A DNA stretch of 64,000 nucleotides from Clostridia bacterium (GTDB taxonomy: Bacteria > Bacillota > Clostridia > UMGS1840), in contig JAZQGY010000015.1 of NCBI GenBank assembly GCA_045540295.1, positions 523-64,522 on the forward strand. Reading direction: 5' to 3'. The position numbers and the translations under genes are program-made. Shown piece by piece: positions 47,516-56,335 of the stretch (position 1 is its first letter; the number at the start of each line of letters is the position of its first letter). The notes beneath the pieces were generated by a model that was not told where the DNA came from, did not search any database, and saw only the letters and a program-made list of their open reading frames with translations.

Positions 47516-48523
47516 ATGGAAAATGTAGAACGAAAAAAACGTATCTTTTCGGGCATTCAGCCCTCCGGACATATCACCATCGGAAACTACATCGGCGCCT
47601 TAAAAAACTGGGTAAAATTGCAGGACGAATATGACTGCGCATACTGTGTTGTGGATATGCACGCTATCACCGTCCGTCAGACACCGGCAGACCTCCGGAA
47701 GCGTTGTTTAGACTTTTTAACCCAGTATATTGCCTGCGGATTGGACCCGGAAAAAAATATTATGTTTATGCAGTCCCATAACCCGGCACACGCAGAACTG
47801 GCTTGGGTTCTGATGTGTAATTCCTATATGGGCGAGCTGTCCCGTATGACCCAGTTTAAAGACAAAACCAAAAATAAGCAGAATGAATCCATCGGCGCAG
47901 GACTCTTCACCTATCCTGTGTTAATGGCAGCAGATATTCTTTTATACGGAACCGATTTGGTGCCTGTTGGCATTGACCAGATGCAGCATCTGGAGTTAGC
48001 AAGAGACTTGGCAATCCGTTTTAACAATGTGTATGGCGAAACCTTCACCGTGCCGGAAGGATATTTGTCCAAAACCGGTGCCAAAATTATGAGCCTGCAG
48101 GAACCCACCAAGAAAATGTCCAAGTCTGACGAAAACCCCAAAGCCTATATCACTGTGACAGATGATCCTGATGCGATTACCAAAAAAATCAAGTCTGCGG
48201 TGACCGACAGCGATATGAAAATCTGCCGTGGGGAAGGCAAAGAAGGTATCGAAAACTTAATGAGCATTATGGGTGCCATCACCGGTAAGTCTTTCCAGGA
48301 AATCGAAGCCGAATACCAGGGTAAAAATTACGGTATTTTTAAATCCGATGTGGCAGAATGTGTGGTGGAAGAATTACGCCCCGTCAGAGAAAAATATTTG
48401 CAATTACAGGGCGATAAGGCATATTTGGAACAGATTTATAAATCCGGTGCCGAAAAGGCGTGCTTGGCTTCCCGCAAAATTTTAAGAAAAGTGTATAAAA
48501 AAATCGGGTTTATCGAACGGTAG
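47516..48523 (+). CDS. trpS: Tryptophan--tRNA ligase
   Basis: A GHITIGNY HIGH-type motif and KMSKS. Confidence 0.92.
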   Translation: MENVERKKRIFSGIQPSGHITIGNYIGALKNWVKLQDEYDCAYCVVDMHAITVRQTPADLRKRCLDFLTQYIACGLDPEKNIMFMQSHNPAHAELAWVLMCNSYMGELSRMTQFKDKTKNKQNESIGAGLFTYPVLMAADILLYGTDLVPVGIDQMQHLELARDLAIRFNNVYGETFTVPEGYLSKTGAKIMSLQEPTKKMSKSDENPKAYITVTDDPDAITKKIKSAVTDSDMKICRGEGKEGIENLMSIMGAITGKSFQEIEAEYQGKNYGIFKSDVAECVVEELRPVREKYLQLQGDKAYLEQIYKSGAEKACLASRKILRKVYKKIGFIER

Positions 48524-48547
48524 AGCGGATATCAAAAGAAAAGCAAA

Positions 48548-48686
48548 GCCTTCTCCTTTGAAGAGAAGGGGGACCGCTTGCGGTATTCCAACTTAGATAT
48601 GAAAAGAAATTTTAATGGTGTCTGTCAGCATATTTTATTAGACACCTCATCAGTCACTTCGTGACAGCTTCCCGAAAAGCGGGAAG
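48548..48686 (+). mobile_element. Miniature (139 bp) deletion derivative of the DUF559 element
   Basis: Left end is GCCTTCTCCTTTGAAGAGAAGGGGGACCGCTTGCGGT. The interior, AAATTTTAATGGTGTCTGTCAGCATATTTTATTAGAC, is homologous to the 3' end of the DUF559 ORF. Right end is CACCTCATCAGTCACTTCGTGACAGCTTCCCGAAAAGCGGGAAG. Confidence 0.7.
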
Positions 48687-48727
48687 ACTTTCTCAGAAAA
48701 TTAAATTCCAAAAAAGGAGTGTTTTTT

Positions 48728-49717
48728 ATGAACAAGTATATCGGACATCCTGGCCAGTTGGGTGGCGTGGAAGAAGTTACCTTAGCAAAAGGAAAAGGCA
48801 AGGGTATGAATCTTCTGCAGATTAAAAATACCAAAGGAGTGGACATCACTTTGGTGTGTGACAGATGTATGGACATTTCCCGTCTGTCTTATAAAGGGGT
48901 AAACTTAGGTTGGTTCTCCCCTGCAGGCTATGTGTCTCCTGCTTTGTATGACGATGCCAAAGGCAGAGGATTCTTGCAGAACTTTACTGCCGGCTTTATG
49001 ACCACCTGTGGCTTAACTGCAGTTGGCGGTTCCTGCATGGACGACGGAGAAAGCACCCCCATGCACGGCTTAATCAGCAATATCCCTTGCGATAGCTACA
49101 ACTACTGGGAAACCGAAGACGAAATCATTGTGGAAGCGGTTGCTACCGAAGCATCCTTATTTGCCTGCCACACCCAGATGAAACGTACTTATAAAATTTC
49201 CAAAACCGAAGACAAGGTAACCCTGTCTGACACCATTACCAACATTGGCAACAAAACCGCACCCAGCCAGGTGCTCTATCATATCAATTTAGGATACCCC
49301 CTGCTTTCCGAAAATGCAAAAGTGATGATTCCCGAAATCTCCAGCAAACCCACCGCTGATGCATTTATTCCCAAATACGATCAGCGAAAGGTGATGGAAA
49401 AACCTCAGGCAGGTTTTTCGGAAGAATGCTATGTGTATGATGTGGCGGAAACTGACGGCAAAGCAAAAATCGGTATTTACAATCCTGATGTGAACGCAGG
49501 CTTTACCATGACCATGTCCAAAGAAACGCTCCCCTTCTTAACCGAATGGAAAATGATGGGTGAATACGAATACGTGCTGGGATTAGAACCCGGTAACGCT
49601 TGGCCCTGCGGCAGAAAAACCATGAGAGAAAACGGAGAATTAAAATTCTTAGAACCCGGCGAATCCATTACCACCGAGATTGTGTTGGAATTTACCGACA
49701 AAGACTTCGACCTCTAA
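48728..49717 (+). CDS. Aldose 1-epimerase-superfamily protein (DUF4432-like)
   Basis: 329 aa with a beta-rich mutarotase-like sequence (HGLISN, YHINLGYP). Start at ATG 48728, behind AAAGGAG. Confidence 0.55.
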   Translation: MNKYIGHPGQLGGVEEVTLAKGKGKGMNLLQIKNTKGVDITLVCDRCMDISRLSYKGVNLGWFSPAGYVSPALYDDAKGRGFLQNFTAGFMTTCGLTAVGGSCMDDGESTPMHGLISNIPCDSYNYWETEDEIIVEAVATEASLFACHTQMKRTYKISKTEDKVTLSDTITNIGNKTAPSQVLYHINLGYPLLSENAKVMIPEISSKPTADAFIPKYDQRKVMEKPQAGFSEECYVYDVAETDGKAKIGIYNPDVNAGFTMTMSKETLPFLTEWKMMGEYEYVLGLEPGNAWPCGRKTMRENGELKFLEPGESITTEIVLEFTDKDFDL

Positions 49718-49720
49718 GAC

Positions 49721-49850
49721 GGCTTGATAAATGGCGCATAATGAATGAACCTCACCGCTCGCCGTACACGCGGTACGGCTTCGGGTAACCACCTTCGGTG
49801 TTCGGTTTCTTCATTCTGCATCCATTTCTCTTCGCCTTGGATAGAGGTTT
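49721..49850 (+). repeat. R1 modular 3'UTR element (best-preserved copy)
   Basis: GGCTTGATAAATGGCGCATAAT gaatg AACCTCACCGCTC GCCGTACacgcgGTACGGC TTCGGGT AACCACCttcGGTGTT CGGTTTCTTC ATTCTGCATCCATTTCTCTTCGCCTTGG. The terminator at 49875-49905 follows. Confidence 0.88.
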
Positions 49851-49874
49851 GGAAAAGAAATATGGAGACCGCAA

Positions 49875-49905
49875 AAGGCATGGATTTTATTCCATGTCTT
49901 TTTGT
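49875..49905 (+). terminator. Intrinsic terminator after the DUF4432-like gene and its R1 element
   Basis: AAGGCATGGA ttttat TCCATGTCTT followed by a T-run. Confidence 0.75.
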
Positions 49906-49908
49906 TTA

Positions 49909-50052
49909 AGGTGAAAATTTGTTGACACAAATTTTAATGATAATGCCTTTTGCTATCCGCAAACCTCACCTCTCAGCGTACCAATGTACGCTTTCGGGTA
50001 ACCCCTATCGGGTTCGGTTGATTGATTCTGCGTCCTTTTCCTGCACCTTAGG
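49909..50052 (+). repeat. R1 element, B-subtype (different left arm)
   Basis: AAGGTGAAAATTTGTTGACACAAATTTTAATGATAATGCCTTTTGCTATCCGC AAACCTCACCTCTC AGCGTACcaatGTACGCT TTCGGGT AACCCCtatcGGGTT..ATTCTGCGTCCTTTTCCTGCACCTTAGG. An orphan left arm, GGCTTGATAAATGGCGTACAAT, follows at 50060-50082. Confidence 0.8.
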
Positions 50053-50129
50053 TGGTGGCGGCTTGATAAATGGCGTACAATCTTTCGCAACAAAACAAAC
50101 GGGGCGACACACAGGTCACCCCCTACATA

Positions 50130-50174
50130 CCTCGCCCTTTGGGAGAGGTGGCACCGAAGGTGACGGAGAGGGCG
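50130..50174 (+). repeat. R2-like solo end (variant)
   Basis: CCTCGCCCTTTGGGAGAGG TGGCACCGAAGGTGAC GGAGAGGGCG. It has the same hairpin-hairpin-tail layout as 44895-44941 and 57342-57394. Confidence 0.5.
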
Positions 50175-50193
50175 TGCGCCTTAAAATACGGCA

Positions 50194-50235
50194 TAAAAAA
50201 AGACGAAATTCGAAAACGGATTTCGTCTTTTTTGT
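50194..50235. terminator. Bidirectional terminator (serves trmB on the minus strand)
   Basis: AGACGAAAT tcgaaaacgg ATTTCGTCT, flanked by A7 and T6. Confidence 0.75.
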
Positions 50236-50293
50236 TTGCGTAGAGCTTGTAGGGAACGACCTGTGTGTCGTTCCGTTTTTTCTCGCCATTTAT

Positions 50294-50953
50294 CTATCCT
50301 TTAAATCTTGCCACCAATTTCTGAATGGGGTACCCCATCCCCGAAAACCGTGTTTCATACTCGGTCATAATATTGCCTTCGGGATACTCATTATGCAAAT
50401 CAAAGGTTAAAAGAAGCCACTCCATGCCGTATTCCTTGGTTTCTAACAGAGAAAAACGGAACAGACGCACATTGTCTGTTTTAAAGTGAAGCTCCCCGCC
50501 GTTTGCCAACACGGTTTCGTATTTCTTCAAAAACAGTTTATGGGTTAAGCGTTTTCTTCTGTGGCGACCTTTGGGCCAGGGGTCGGAAAAGTTTAAGTAG
50601 ATCCGAGCAATGCTTCCCGGCGCAAACATACTATCTAACAGGTTCGCATCCAGGTTGGCAAAACGAAGATTCAAAAGACCCTCTGCTTTGGTTGCCGCAA
50701 TGGCAATCACATCTGCACATTTTTCAAATGCAATATAGTTAATATTGGGGTTTTGTTTTGCCAACGTGGTGATAAAATCACCCTTTCCCGCTCCGATTTC
50801 AATATGTACGGGATTGCTGTTTCCAAAAATTTTTTGGCAGTCAATAAAGTCTGCTTTCGCATCGGCATTCTGTTCAATATCGGAAAAGTCCAGGAAAAAA
50901 TCCTTATAAAATTCCAAACGCTTGGGCGTGTTCTTCTTTTTTCGTAATCGCAT
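50294..50953 (-). CDS. trmB: tRNA (guanine46-N7)-methyltransferase
   Basis: The SAM motif IEIGAGKGDF and FSDPWPK. Start at ATG 50953. Confidence 0.88.
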   Translation of the reverse strand: MRLRKKKNTPKRLEFYKDFFLDFSDIEQNADAKADFIDCQKIFGNSNPVHIEIGAGKGDFITTLAKQNPNINYIAFEKCADVIAIAATKAEGLLNLRFANLDANLLDSMFAPGSIARIYLNFSDPWPKGRHRRKRLTHKLFLKKYETVLANGGELHFKTDNVRLFRFSLLETKEYGMEWLLLTFDLHNEYPEGNIMTEYETRFSGMGYPIQKLVARFKG

Positions 50954-51250
50954 ACTAAAAAATTCCTTTTCTGTTAAGATGCAAAGCTCTCCCCGACCAG
51001 AAGCTGATGAGGGATTTTGCACTGATGTTTTCATGAATTGTTGCATCGGCAACATGATTTAAATTGCCTTTTCATGCACTTTTTTGCAATTCATAAGCCG
51101 TAAGGCATTCTTCATGAAATCTTTGATTTCAATTCATGCCGAAGGCAATTCATTGATTTCATCCTTAATGAAATCATTCTATCATATGAAATAAAAAAAT
51201 ACAAGTAATTCTCCCAAAAAAGTCGTGTCTTGTTTTGTTACCGTTTCTTT

Positions 51251-51290
51251 TGTCGAAAAGTTTTTCGATTTCTTCTCGGTTCCCGACAGA
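51251..51290 (+). promoter_or_regulatory. Spo0A-box-like sites upstream of spoIIE
   Basis: A perfect 0A box TGTCGAA at 51251-51257, with weaker TTCGATT at 51264 and CCCGACA at 51282. A TGcTATACT -10-like element lies at 51317-51325. Confidence 0.45.
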
Positions 51291-51364
51291 TTGCAACACC
51301 TTTTTCAGAAAACCTGTGCTATACTGATAAAAATTGGAAAAATTTGGAAAAAGGAGTGACTGCC

Positions 51365-53788
51365 GTGAGTCTGATTACCCGAAAAAAAGAATCCGTCAAA
51401 AAAACCGTACCGAAAAAGGAACACCGGGAAATAGAAACAAAAGAAGCAAAAGAACCAAAAGAACCAAAAGAAGCGAAAGAGCCCAAGGAAGCACAAAAAC
51501 TAAAAAAAGCAAACCAATCAAAAGAACAAAACAGACCGAAAAGAATAAAAAACCGAAAGAATTTGTTTTGGCAAGTCTGTGTGGGGTTATTACATTTCTT
51601 TTTATCTTTCTTTTTAAGCCGGACAAGTCTGTTTTTCGGAATGGCACCCTTTGGGGGCGCAATTCTTCTGGCAACAGGCGGAAGTGTTGCCTCCTATGTG
51701 GGAGCAATGCTTGGAAGCTATACGCTTGGGGGTTATGACACCATGGGTGCATTGACCGCTTGTTTTCTTCTAAAACAATTGCTTCGGGCTGAGCGGTGGG
51801 ATCCTCTTCTCATCTTTGTTTCCTTTGGAAGTGTGTTCACAGCGGTGCTTTTGGGGTCTTCTCCCCTCCCTTGGGACGTGATTGTAAAAGTGGTTTCCCT
51901 GCTTTTTACCCTGTCTTCTTATTACATACTAAAAAAGGCATACCGCGCTCAGTTTGTGAAGTCGCCCCAACTGAAATTCACCAAGGATGAAGGATACTGC
52001 TCGTTATTCTTGCTGTTTGCCCTGCTTTCTGGTATTCGCTCGGAAACAGTGGTTTTTTTAGTAAGGTTTCATGACGTCCTCACTTTTTTTGTCATCGCCC
52101 GTGCCGCTTACAGCTTTGGTATCGGCGGAGGTGCCGCAACGGGTGCCATACTGGGGATGCTTTCCGGACGGACAGCAGAGTTTGCCACTCTTTCTATGTC
52201 GGTGTATTCCCTCTTTGGTTTTTTTACGGGAATTTTTTCAAAATTCAATAAGTTTACTGCCTTTCTGGGTTTTCTGTTTTCCTATGTGTTTGCCGCAGCT
52301 TACTTTCCTCAAACGGCGAATCTTGTTTCTTATCAGGATATTTTGTGGGCGGGTATTTTGTTTTTGCTCTCGCCTGACGGATTGATGGAGCCATACTTAG
52401 ACCGCTATCGGGAAGGAACTCCTGTGGCAGACAGAGTTGCCTCGGAGAATCAGATTACCATCGGCAGATTAGACCGTCTTGCCAAGTCCTTTTCCGGATT
52501 ATCTGTGGAAATTGGGCGTCATGAGAAGCAGTTTTGGAATTTATCGTCTGTCAGCGAGCAAACCCTTTATGATTTTGTGGGAGACAGACTTTGCCGTGGC
52601 TGCAGTCTAAAACGTTCCTGCTGGCAGGAGCATTTTTCCGAAACTTCCGAAGGCTTGACGGCAGGAATGAACCGTTTGGTAAAAGTTGGAACTCTCTCCA
52701 AAAAGCATTTGCCCGAAGGTATTCGGAATCGGTGCGTCAGAGGGGACAAGCTCATAGAAACGCTGACGGGCTTTTTTGAAATTTCTCGCCTGAATGCGTT
52801 CTGGAAACACCGTCTTGCGGAAAACACCCACGCTTTTCGGGAACAGTTTTTAGAGCTTTCAGACATTATCTGCCAACTGAAAAAGAATATGGAAACCAAC
52901 CGTTATTTTGACGCTCCCTTATCTGCAGAGCTATACAGTGCATTGGGAAATGAGGGGTATCTGATTCGTGAGGCATCTGTGTTTCACTCGGCAGAGGACC
53001 AATATCTGGTAAAGCTGGGGATGTCACCCTGTAAACATGGGGAAAACTGTTTTCCCACCGTGGAGAAAATCGCTACTGAACTATTGGGCGTTCCCATGAC
53101 GGTTACCGAAGGCGCCTGCGGACGTCGGCTTTGCAATTTGCTTTTAACCGAAGGAGATTTGGGGAACGTGGAACAGCGGATTCAGAGTTTTTCCAAAAAG
53201 GAGGGAGACCCCTCCGGGGATAGTCATATCGTTTCCCGGTTAAGCCGTCATCGCTACTTAATGGCGCTCTCCGACGGAATGGGGAGTGGCGGGAAGGCAA
53301 ACCAAGTGTCTTCCTCAGTTGTTACATTATTAGACGAGATGCTTCGGGCAGGATTTTCGGAGACTTCCGCCTTTTCGATGCTAAACTCCTTTTTAATTGC
53401 CTCTTCTTCAGCATCTGCTACCCTGGATTTTGCCATTGTGGATTTGAAGAAAATGACGGCAACCGTTTTAAAAACCGGTGCTTGCCCCACCTATTTAAAA
53501 CGGGGCGAGGAAGTAATTGCCGTAGGGACAGACTCTCTGCCGGCAGGAATCCGTCCCAAAAAACCGTATCAAAAAACGCTTCACCTATGCCATGGGGATA
53601 TGCTTTTTCTGATTTCCGACGGTGTGGCAGATGCTCTCCCCGAGAAAGATTGGGTATACAGCGCTCTTTGTAAATATCCATCCTCCCACCTTTCGGAACA
53701 TGTGGACTATCTGGCATCGGTGTCTTATGAGGCAAGTCGGGAAACTCCCGATGATATTACGGTGCTGGGACTAAAAATTTTGCCGTAG
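51365..53788 (+). CDS. spoIIE: Stage II sporulation protein E (membrane PP2C phosphatase)
   Basis: A charged KEAKEPKEPKEAKEPKEA N-terminal tract, about 10 TM helices, and a C-terminal PP2C domain (GDSH..MALSDGMGSG..FLISDGV..DDITV). The GTG 51365 start is inferred from AAGGAG; the track ORF begins at 51230. Confidence 0.85.
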   Translation: MSLITRKKESVKKTVPKKEHREIETKEAKEPKEPKEAKEPKEAQKLKKANQSKEQNRPKRIKNRKNLFWQVCVGLLHFFLSFFLSRTSLFFGMAPFGGAILLATGGSVASYVGAMLGSYTLGGYDTMGALTACFLLKQLLRAERWDPLLIFVSFGSVFTAVLLGSSPLPWDVIVKVVSLLFTLSSYYILKKAYRAQFVKSPQLKFTKDEGYCSLFLLFALLSGIRSETVVFLVRFHDVLTFFVIARAAYSFGIGGGAATGAILGMLSGRTAEFATLSMSVYSLFGFFTGIFSKFNKFTAFLGFLFSYVFAAAYFPQTANLVSYQDILWAGILFLLSPDGLMEPYLDRYREGTPVADRVASENQITIGRLDRLAKSFSGLSVEIGRHEKQFWNLSSVSEQTLYDFVGDRLCRGCSLKRSCWQEHFSETSEGLTAGMNRLVKVGTLSKKHLPEGIRNRCVRGDKLIETLTGFFEISRLNAFWKHRLAENTHAFREQFLELSDIICQLKKNMETNRYFDAPLSAELYSALGNEGYLIREASVFHSAEDQYLVKLGMSPCKHGENCFPTVEKIATELLGVPMTVTEGACGRRLCNLLLTEGDLGNVEQRIQSFSKKEGDPSGDSHIVSRLSRHRYLMALSDGMGSGGKANQVSSSVVTLLDEMLRAGFSETSAFSMLNSFLIASSSASATLDFAIVDLKKMTATVLKTGACPTYLKRGEEVIAVGTDSLPAGIRPKKPYQKTLHLCHGDMLFLISDGVADALPEKDWVYSALCKYPSSHLSEHVDYLASVSYEASRETPDDITVLGLKILP

Positions 53789-53835
53789 GAAGCTTGTAAC
53801 AGAACATAGACCGCAAAAAGCATAGGCTTTTTATA
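53789..53835 (+). repeat. R3 stop-proximal module after spoIIE
   Basis: GAAGCTTGTAACAGAACATAGACCGCAAAAAGCATAGGCTTTTTAT. Compare GGCTTGTAAAAGAACACAGACCACAAAAAAGCAACATTTTTTAT at 57298. Confidence 0.7.
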
Positions 53836-53849
53836 TCAATTTTTTCAGA

Positions 53850-53960
53850 TGAAATGCCTTTTGCTATCCGGAAACCTCACCTCCTAGAGTACCAATGTAC
53901 GCCTTCGGGGAATCCTGCGGTTCGGTTTGGAAATTCTATGCCCTTTTCCTTCACCTTGGA
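53850..53960 (+). repeat. R1 element, B-subtype
   Basis: ATGCCTTTTGCTATCCGG AAACCTCACCTCCT AGAGTACcaatGTACGCC TTCGGGG AATCCtgcGGTT..ATTCTATGCCCTTTTCCTTCACCTTGG. Confidence 0.8.
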
Positions 53961-53965
53961 TTACA

Positions 53966-54006
53966 GAAAAAAAGACTGCAAAGCTTTTGGCTTTTGCAGT
54001 CTTTTT
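53966..54006. terminator. Bidirectional terminator between spoIIE and the ireB-like gene
   Basis: GACTGCAAAGC ttttg GCTTTTGCAGTC, flanked by A- and T-runs. Confidence 0.8.
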
Positions 54007-54012
54007 ACCTTT

Positions 54013-54252
54013 TTAATTTAAATAGAAGCGGAACAGTTCTTCCAAAATATCGTCCCTCTCCAGACGGCCAATCATAGCTCTTGCGCCGTTATGACTGGTA
54101 ATATAGGTGGGGTCCCCCGAAAGCACGTAGCCCACCAGCTGATTGATGGGATTATAGCCCTTTTCCTTCAGAGCCGCATACACAAAATGCAAAATCTCAT
54201 GAATATTTTTTTCGTCCTCTCTGGGAATCTGCACCATTCTGGTTTCGCTCAT
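54013..54252 (-). CDS. IreB/UPF0297 family regulatory phosphoprotein
   Basis: [40 protein letters not shown]. Start at ATG 54252. Confidence 0.8.
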   Translation of the reverse strand: MSETRMVQIPREDEKNIHEILHFVYAALKEKGYNPINQLVGYVLSGDPTYITSHNGARAMIGRLERDDILEELFRFYLN

Positions 54253-54422
54253 GGGAATCCATCCTTTCTGTTTCGTATTCATTTGACTGTATTATACCAT
54301 ATTTTTTTGGGGATTTCAACTGTTTTTGTATAATTTTTTGCCAAAATCAGTATGAAATTTCGCTTTCGGGGATACACTTTTGGAATATCAAAAAAATTTT
54401 TCAAGAAAAATTACCAAAAAAC

Positions 54423-54451
54423 TTGATTTTTGGAAAAAGGTATGCTATAAT
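54423..54451 (+). promoter_or_regulatory. Sigma-A promoter (TTGATT-17-TATAAT) for rpsB-tsf
   Basis: TTGATT at 54423-54428 and TGcTATAAT with the hexamer at 54446-54451. The leader is about 125 nt. Confidence 0.75.
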
Positions 54452-54585
54452 AGTCGAGAATTCGCACGCGCCCTTGTACAAACTCGGTGACAAAGTTAAA
54501 TTTTTTCATGGCTTTGTTCGTTTGTAAGTATAGCAATTCCAAGGCTTTACGCGGCGCCGAGGAACAACCAGAAAGGAATTTTATC

Positions 54586-55317
54586 ATGAGCAACGTAATC
54601 TCCATGAAACAGTTATTGGAAGCAGGCGTTCACTTCGGTCATCAGACCAGAAGATGGAACCCCAAAATGGCTCCGTACATCTTCACCGAAAGAAACGGAA
54701 TCTACATCATCGACCTGCAGAAAACTCTGAAAAAAGTAGAAGAAGCTTACTACTTTGTTAGAGACATTGCTGCAGAAGGTGGCGAAATCCTGTTTGTTGG
54801 TACCAAAAAACAGGCTGCAGACGCTGTAAAAGCAGAAGCAGAAAGAATCGGTATGTACTATGTAAACGCAAGATGGTTAGGCGGTATGTTAACCAACTTC
54901 AAAACCATCCGCAGAAGAATTGACAGACTCTTCCAGTTAAACAAAATGGAAGAAGACGGCACCTTTGATTTACTGCCGAAAAAAGAAGTTATCAAATTAA
55001 ACTTAGAAAGAGAAAAACTGGAAAAATACCTGGGCGGTATTAAAAACATGAAAAAACTCCCCAGCGTTATTTTCGTAGTTGACCCCAGAAAAGAAAGAAA
55101 CGCTATCTTAGAAGCAAAGAAACTGCACATTCCTGTTGTTGCAATTGTTGATACCAACTGTGACCCCGATGAAGTGGATTATGTAATCCCCGGTAACGAT
55201 GATGCAATCCGTGCCGTTAAACTGATTGCTGAAACCATGGCAAACGCTATGATCGAAGGCAGAGAAGGCGCAGCTCAGGCAATGGAAGAAGAAACTGACG
55301 AAGAAGCAGCTGAATAA
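54586..55317 (+). CDS. rpsB: 30S ribosomal protein S2
   Basis: [22 protein letters not shown]. Start at ATG 54586. Confidence 0.95.
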   Translation: MSNVISMKQLLEAGVHFGHQTRRWNPKMAPYIFTERNGIYIIDLQKTLKKVEEAYYFVRDIAAEGGEILFVGTKKQAADAVKAEAERIGMYYVNARWLGGMLTNFKTIRRRIDRLFQLNKMEEDGTFDLLPKKEVIKLNLEREKLEKYLGGIKNMKKLPSVIFVVDPRKERNAILEAKKLHIPVVAIVDTNCDPDEVDYVIPGNDDAIRAVKLIAETMANAMIEGREGAAQAMEEETDEEAAE

Positions 55318-55395
55318 TTAGAAACAGATTTTAAGAAAATAGGCAACAGTTCGCTTGCCTATTTTCCATATCATAAAGAAAAGGAGTATTTTATT

Positions 55396-56283
55396 ATGGT
55401 TACACCTCAGATGGTTAAAGAATTAAGAGAAATCACCGGTTGCGGTATGATGGACTGTAAAAAAGCATTAACCGAAACCAATGGCGATATGGACAAAGCA
55501 GTTGAATTTTTAAGAGAAAAAGGTTTAGCAGCAGCTGCGAAAAAAGCAGGCAGAATTGCAGCAGAAGGTATTGTTTCCGACTTCACTTGTGATGGCGTTG
55601 GCGTTATCATCGAAGTAAACTCCGAAACCGACTTTGTTGGTAAAAATGCAGATTTCCAGACCTTCGTTAAAGACCTGGCTGAAATCGTTGCAAAAGAAAA
55701 TCCCGCAGATGTTGCAGCATTATTAACCTTAGCATACAAAGATTCCGGCATGAGCGTTGAAGAAATGTTAAGAGACAAAATCTTAACCATCGGCGAAAAC
55801 ATGACCATCAGAAGATTTGAAAGATACGAAGGCGCTGTTGCTACCTATATCCATGGCGGCGGCAGAATCGGTGTTATGGTTCAGGCTGAAAACGCTTTAG
55901 ACGGTGATGCTTACGAAGCTGCTCGTGATGCAGCAATGCAGATTGCAGCAATCAACCCCACCTATTTAGACAAATCCACCGTTCCTGCAGAAGATGTTGA
56001 AAAAGAAAAGAAAATCTTAATTGAACAGATCAAAAACGATCCTAAATCTGCAGGCAAACCCGATAATATCATTGAAAAAATGGTAATGGGCAGAATTTCC
56101 AAGTTCTACACCTTAAATTGCTTAAATCAGCAGGAATTCGTAAAAGATTCCGACAAAACTGTGGAACAGTATCTGTCTTCTAAGGGCGTTAAATTAGTAA
56201 AATTTGTTCGTTTTGAAAAAGGCGAAGGCTTAGAAAAGAAAGTTGACAACTTTGCAGAAGAAGTTGCAAATATGTCCAAATAA
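55396..56283 (+). CDS. tsf: Elongation factor Ts
   Basis: VKELREITGCGMMDCKKAL (UBA-like N-terminus). Confidence 0.95.
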   Translation: MVTPQMVKELREITGCGMMDCKKALTETNGDMDKAVEFLREKGLAAAAKKAGRIAAEGIVSDFTCDGVGVIIEVNSETDFVGKNADFQTFVKDLAEIVAKENPADVAALLTLAYKDSGMSVEEMLRDKILTIGENMTIRRFERYEGAVATYIHGGGRIGVMVQAENALDGDAYEAARDAAMQIAAINPTYLDKSTVPAEDVEKEKKILIEQIKNDPKSAGKPDNIIEKMVMGRISKFYTLNCLNQQEFVKDSDKTVEQYLSSKGVKLVKFVRFEKGEGLEKKVDNFAEEVANMSK

Positions 56284-56293
56284 TTATTGAACG

Positions 56294-56335
56294 AAAAAAA
56301 TGGCAAGCACCAACTTCTGATGCTTGCCATTTTTA
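56294..56335 (+). terminator. Intrinsic terminator after tsf
   Basis: ATGGCAAGCA ccaacttctga TGCTTGCCAT followed by TTTT. Confidence 0.8.

Noticed and set aside
49919-49950. TTGACA followed by GATAAT within the B-subtype left arm, as a promoter for an R1-encoded sRNA.
   Set aside because: The spacing between the hexamers is only about 11 nt. The corresponding positions in the other B copies (57403, 53850) do not keep a -35/-10 pair.
50101-50264. GGGGCGACacacagGTCACCCC-CTAC and TAGGGAACGACctgtgtGTCGTTCC hairpins (also at 63918-63946) as a separate repeat family.
   Set aside because: There are only three short copies, in mixed orientation next to gene ends. They are probably terminator-associated hairpins, and the evidence is too thin to claim a distinct element.
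49919-50410. A 163-aa ORF spanning the DUF4432-trmB intergenic region. Similar ORFs occur at 27383-27568, 27521-27952, 49600-49788, 57448-57639, 63226-63432, 63578-63850 and 63640-63957.
   Set aside because: They read through R1/R2/R3 repeat modules, hairpins and terminators and have no ribosome-binding site. Their peptide similarity between loci comes from DNA repeats, not from conserved proteins.
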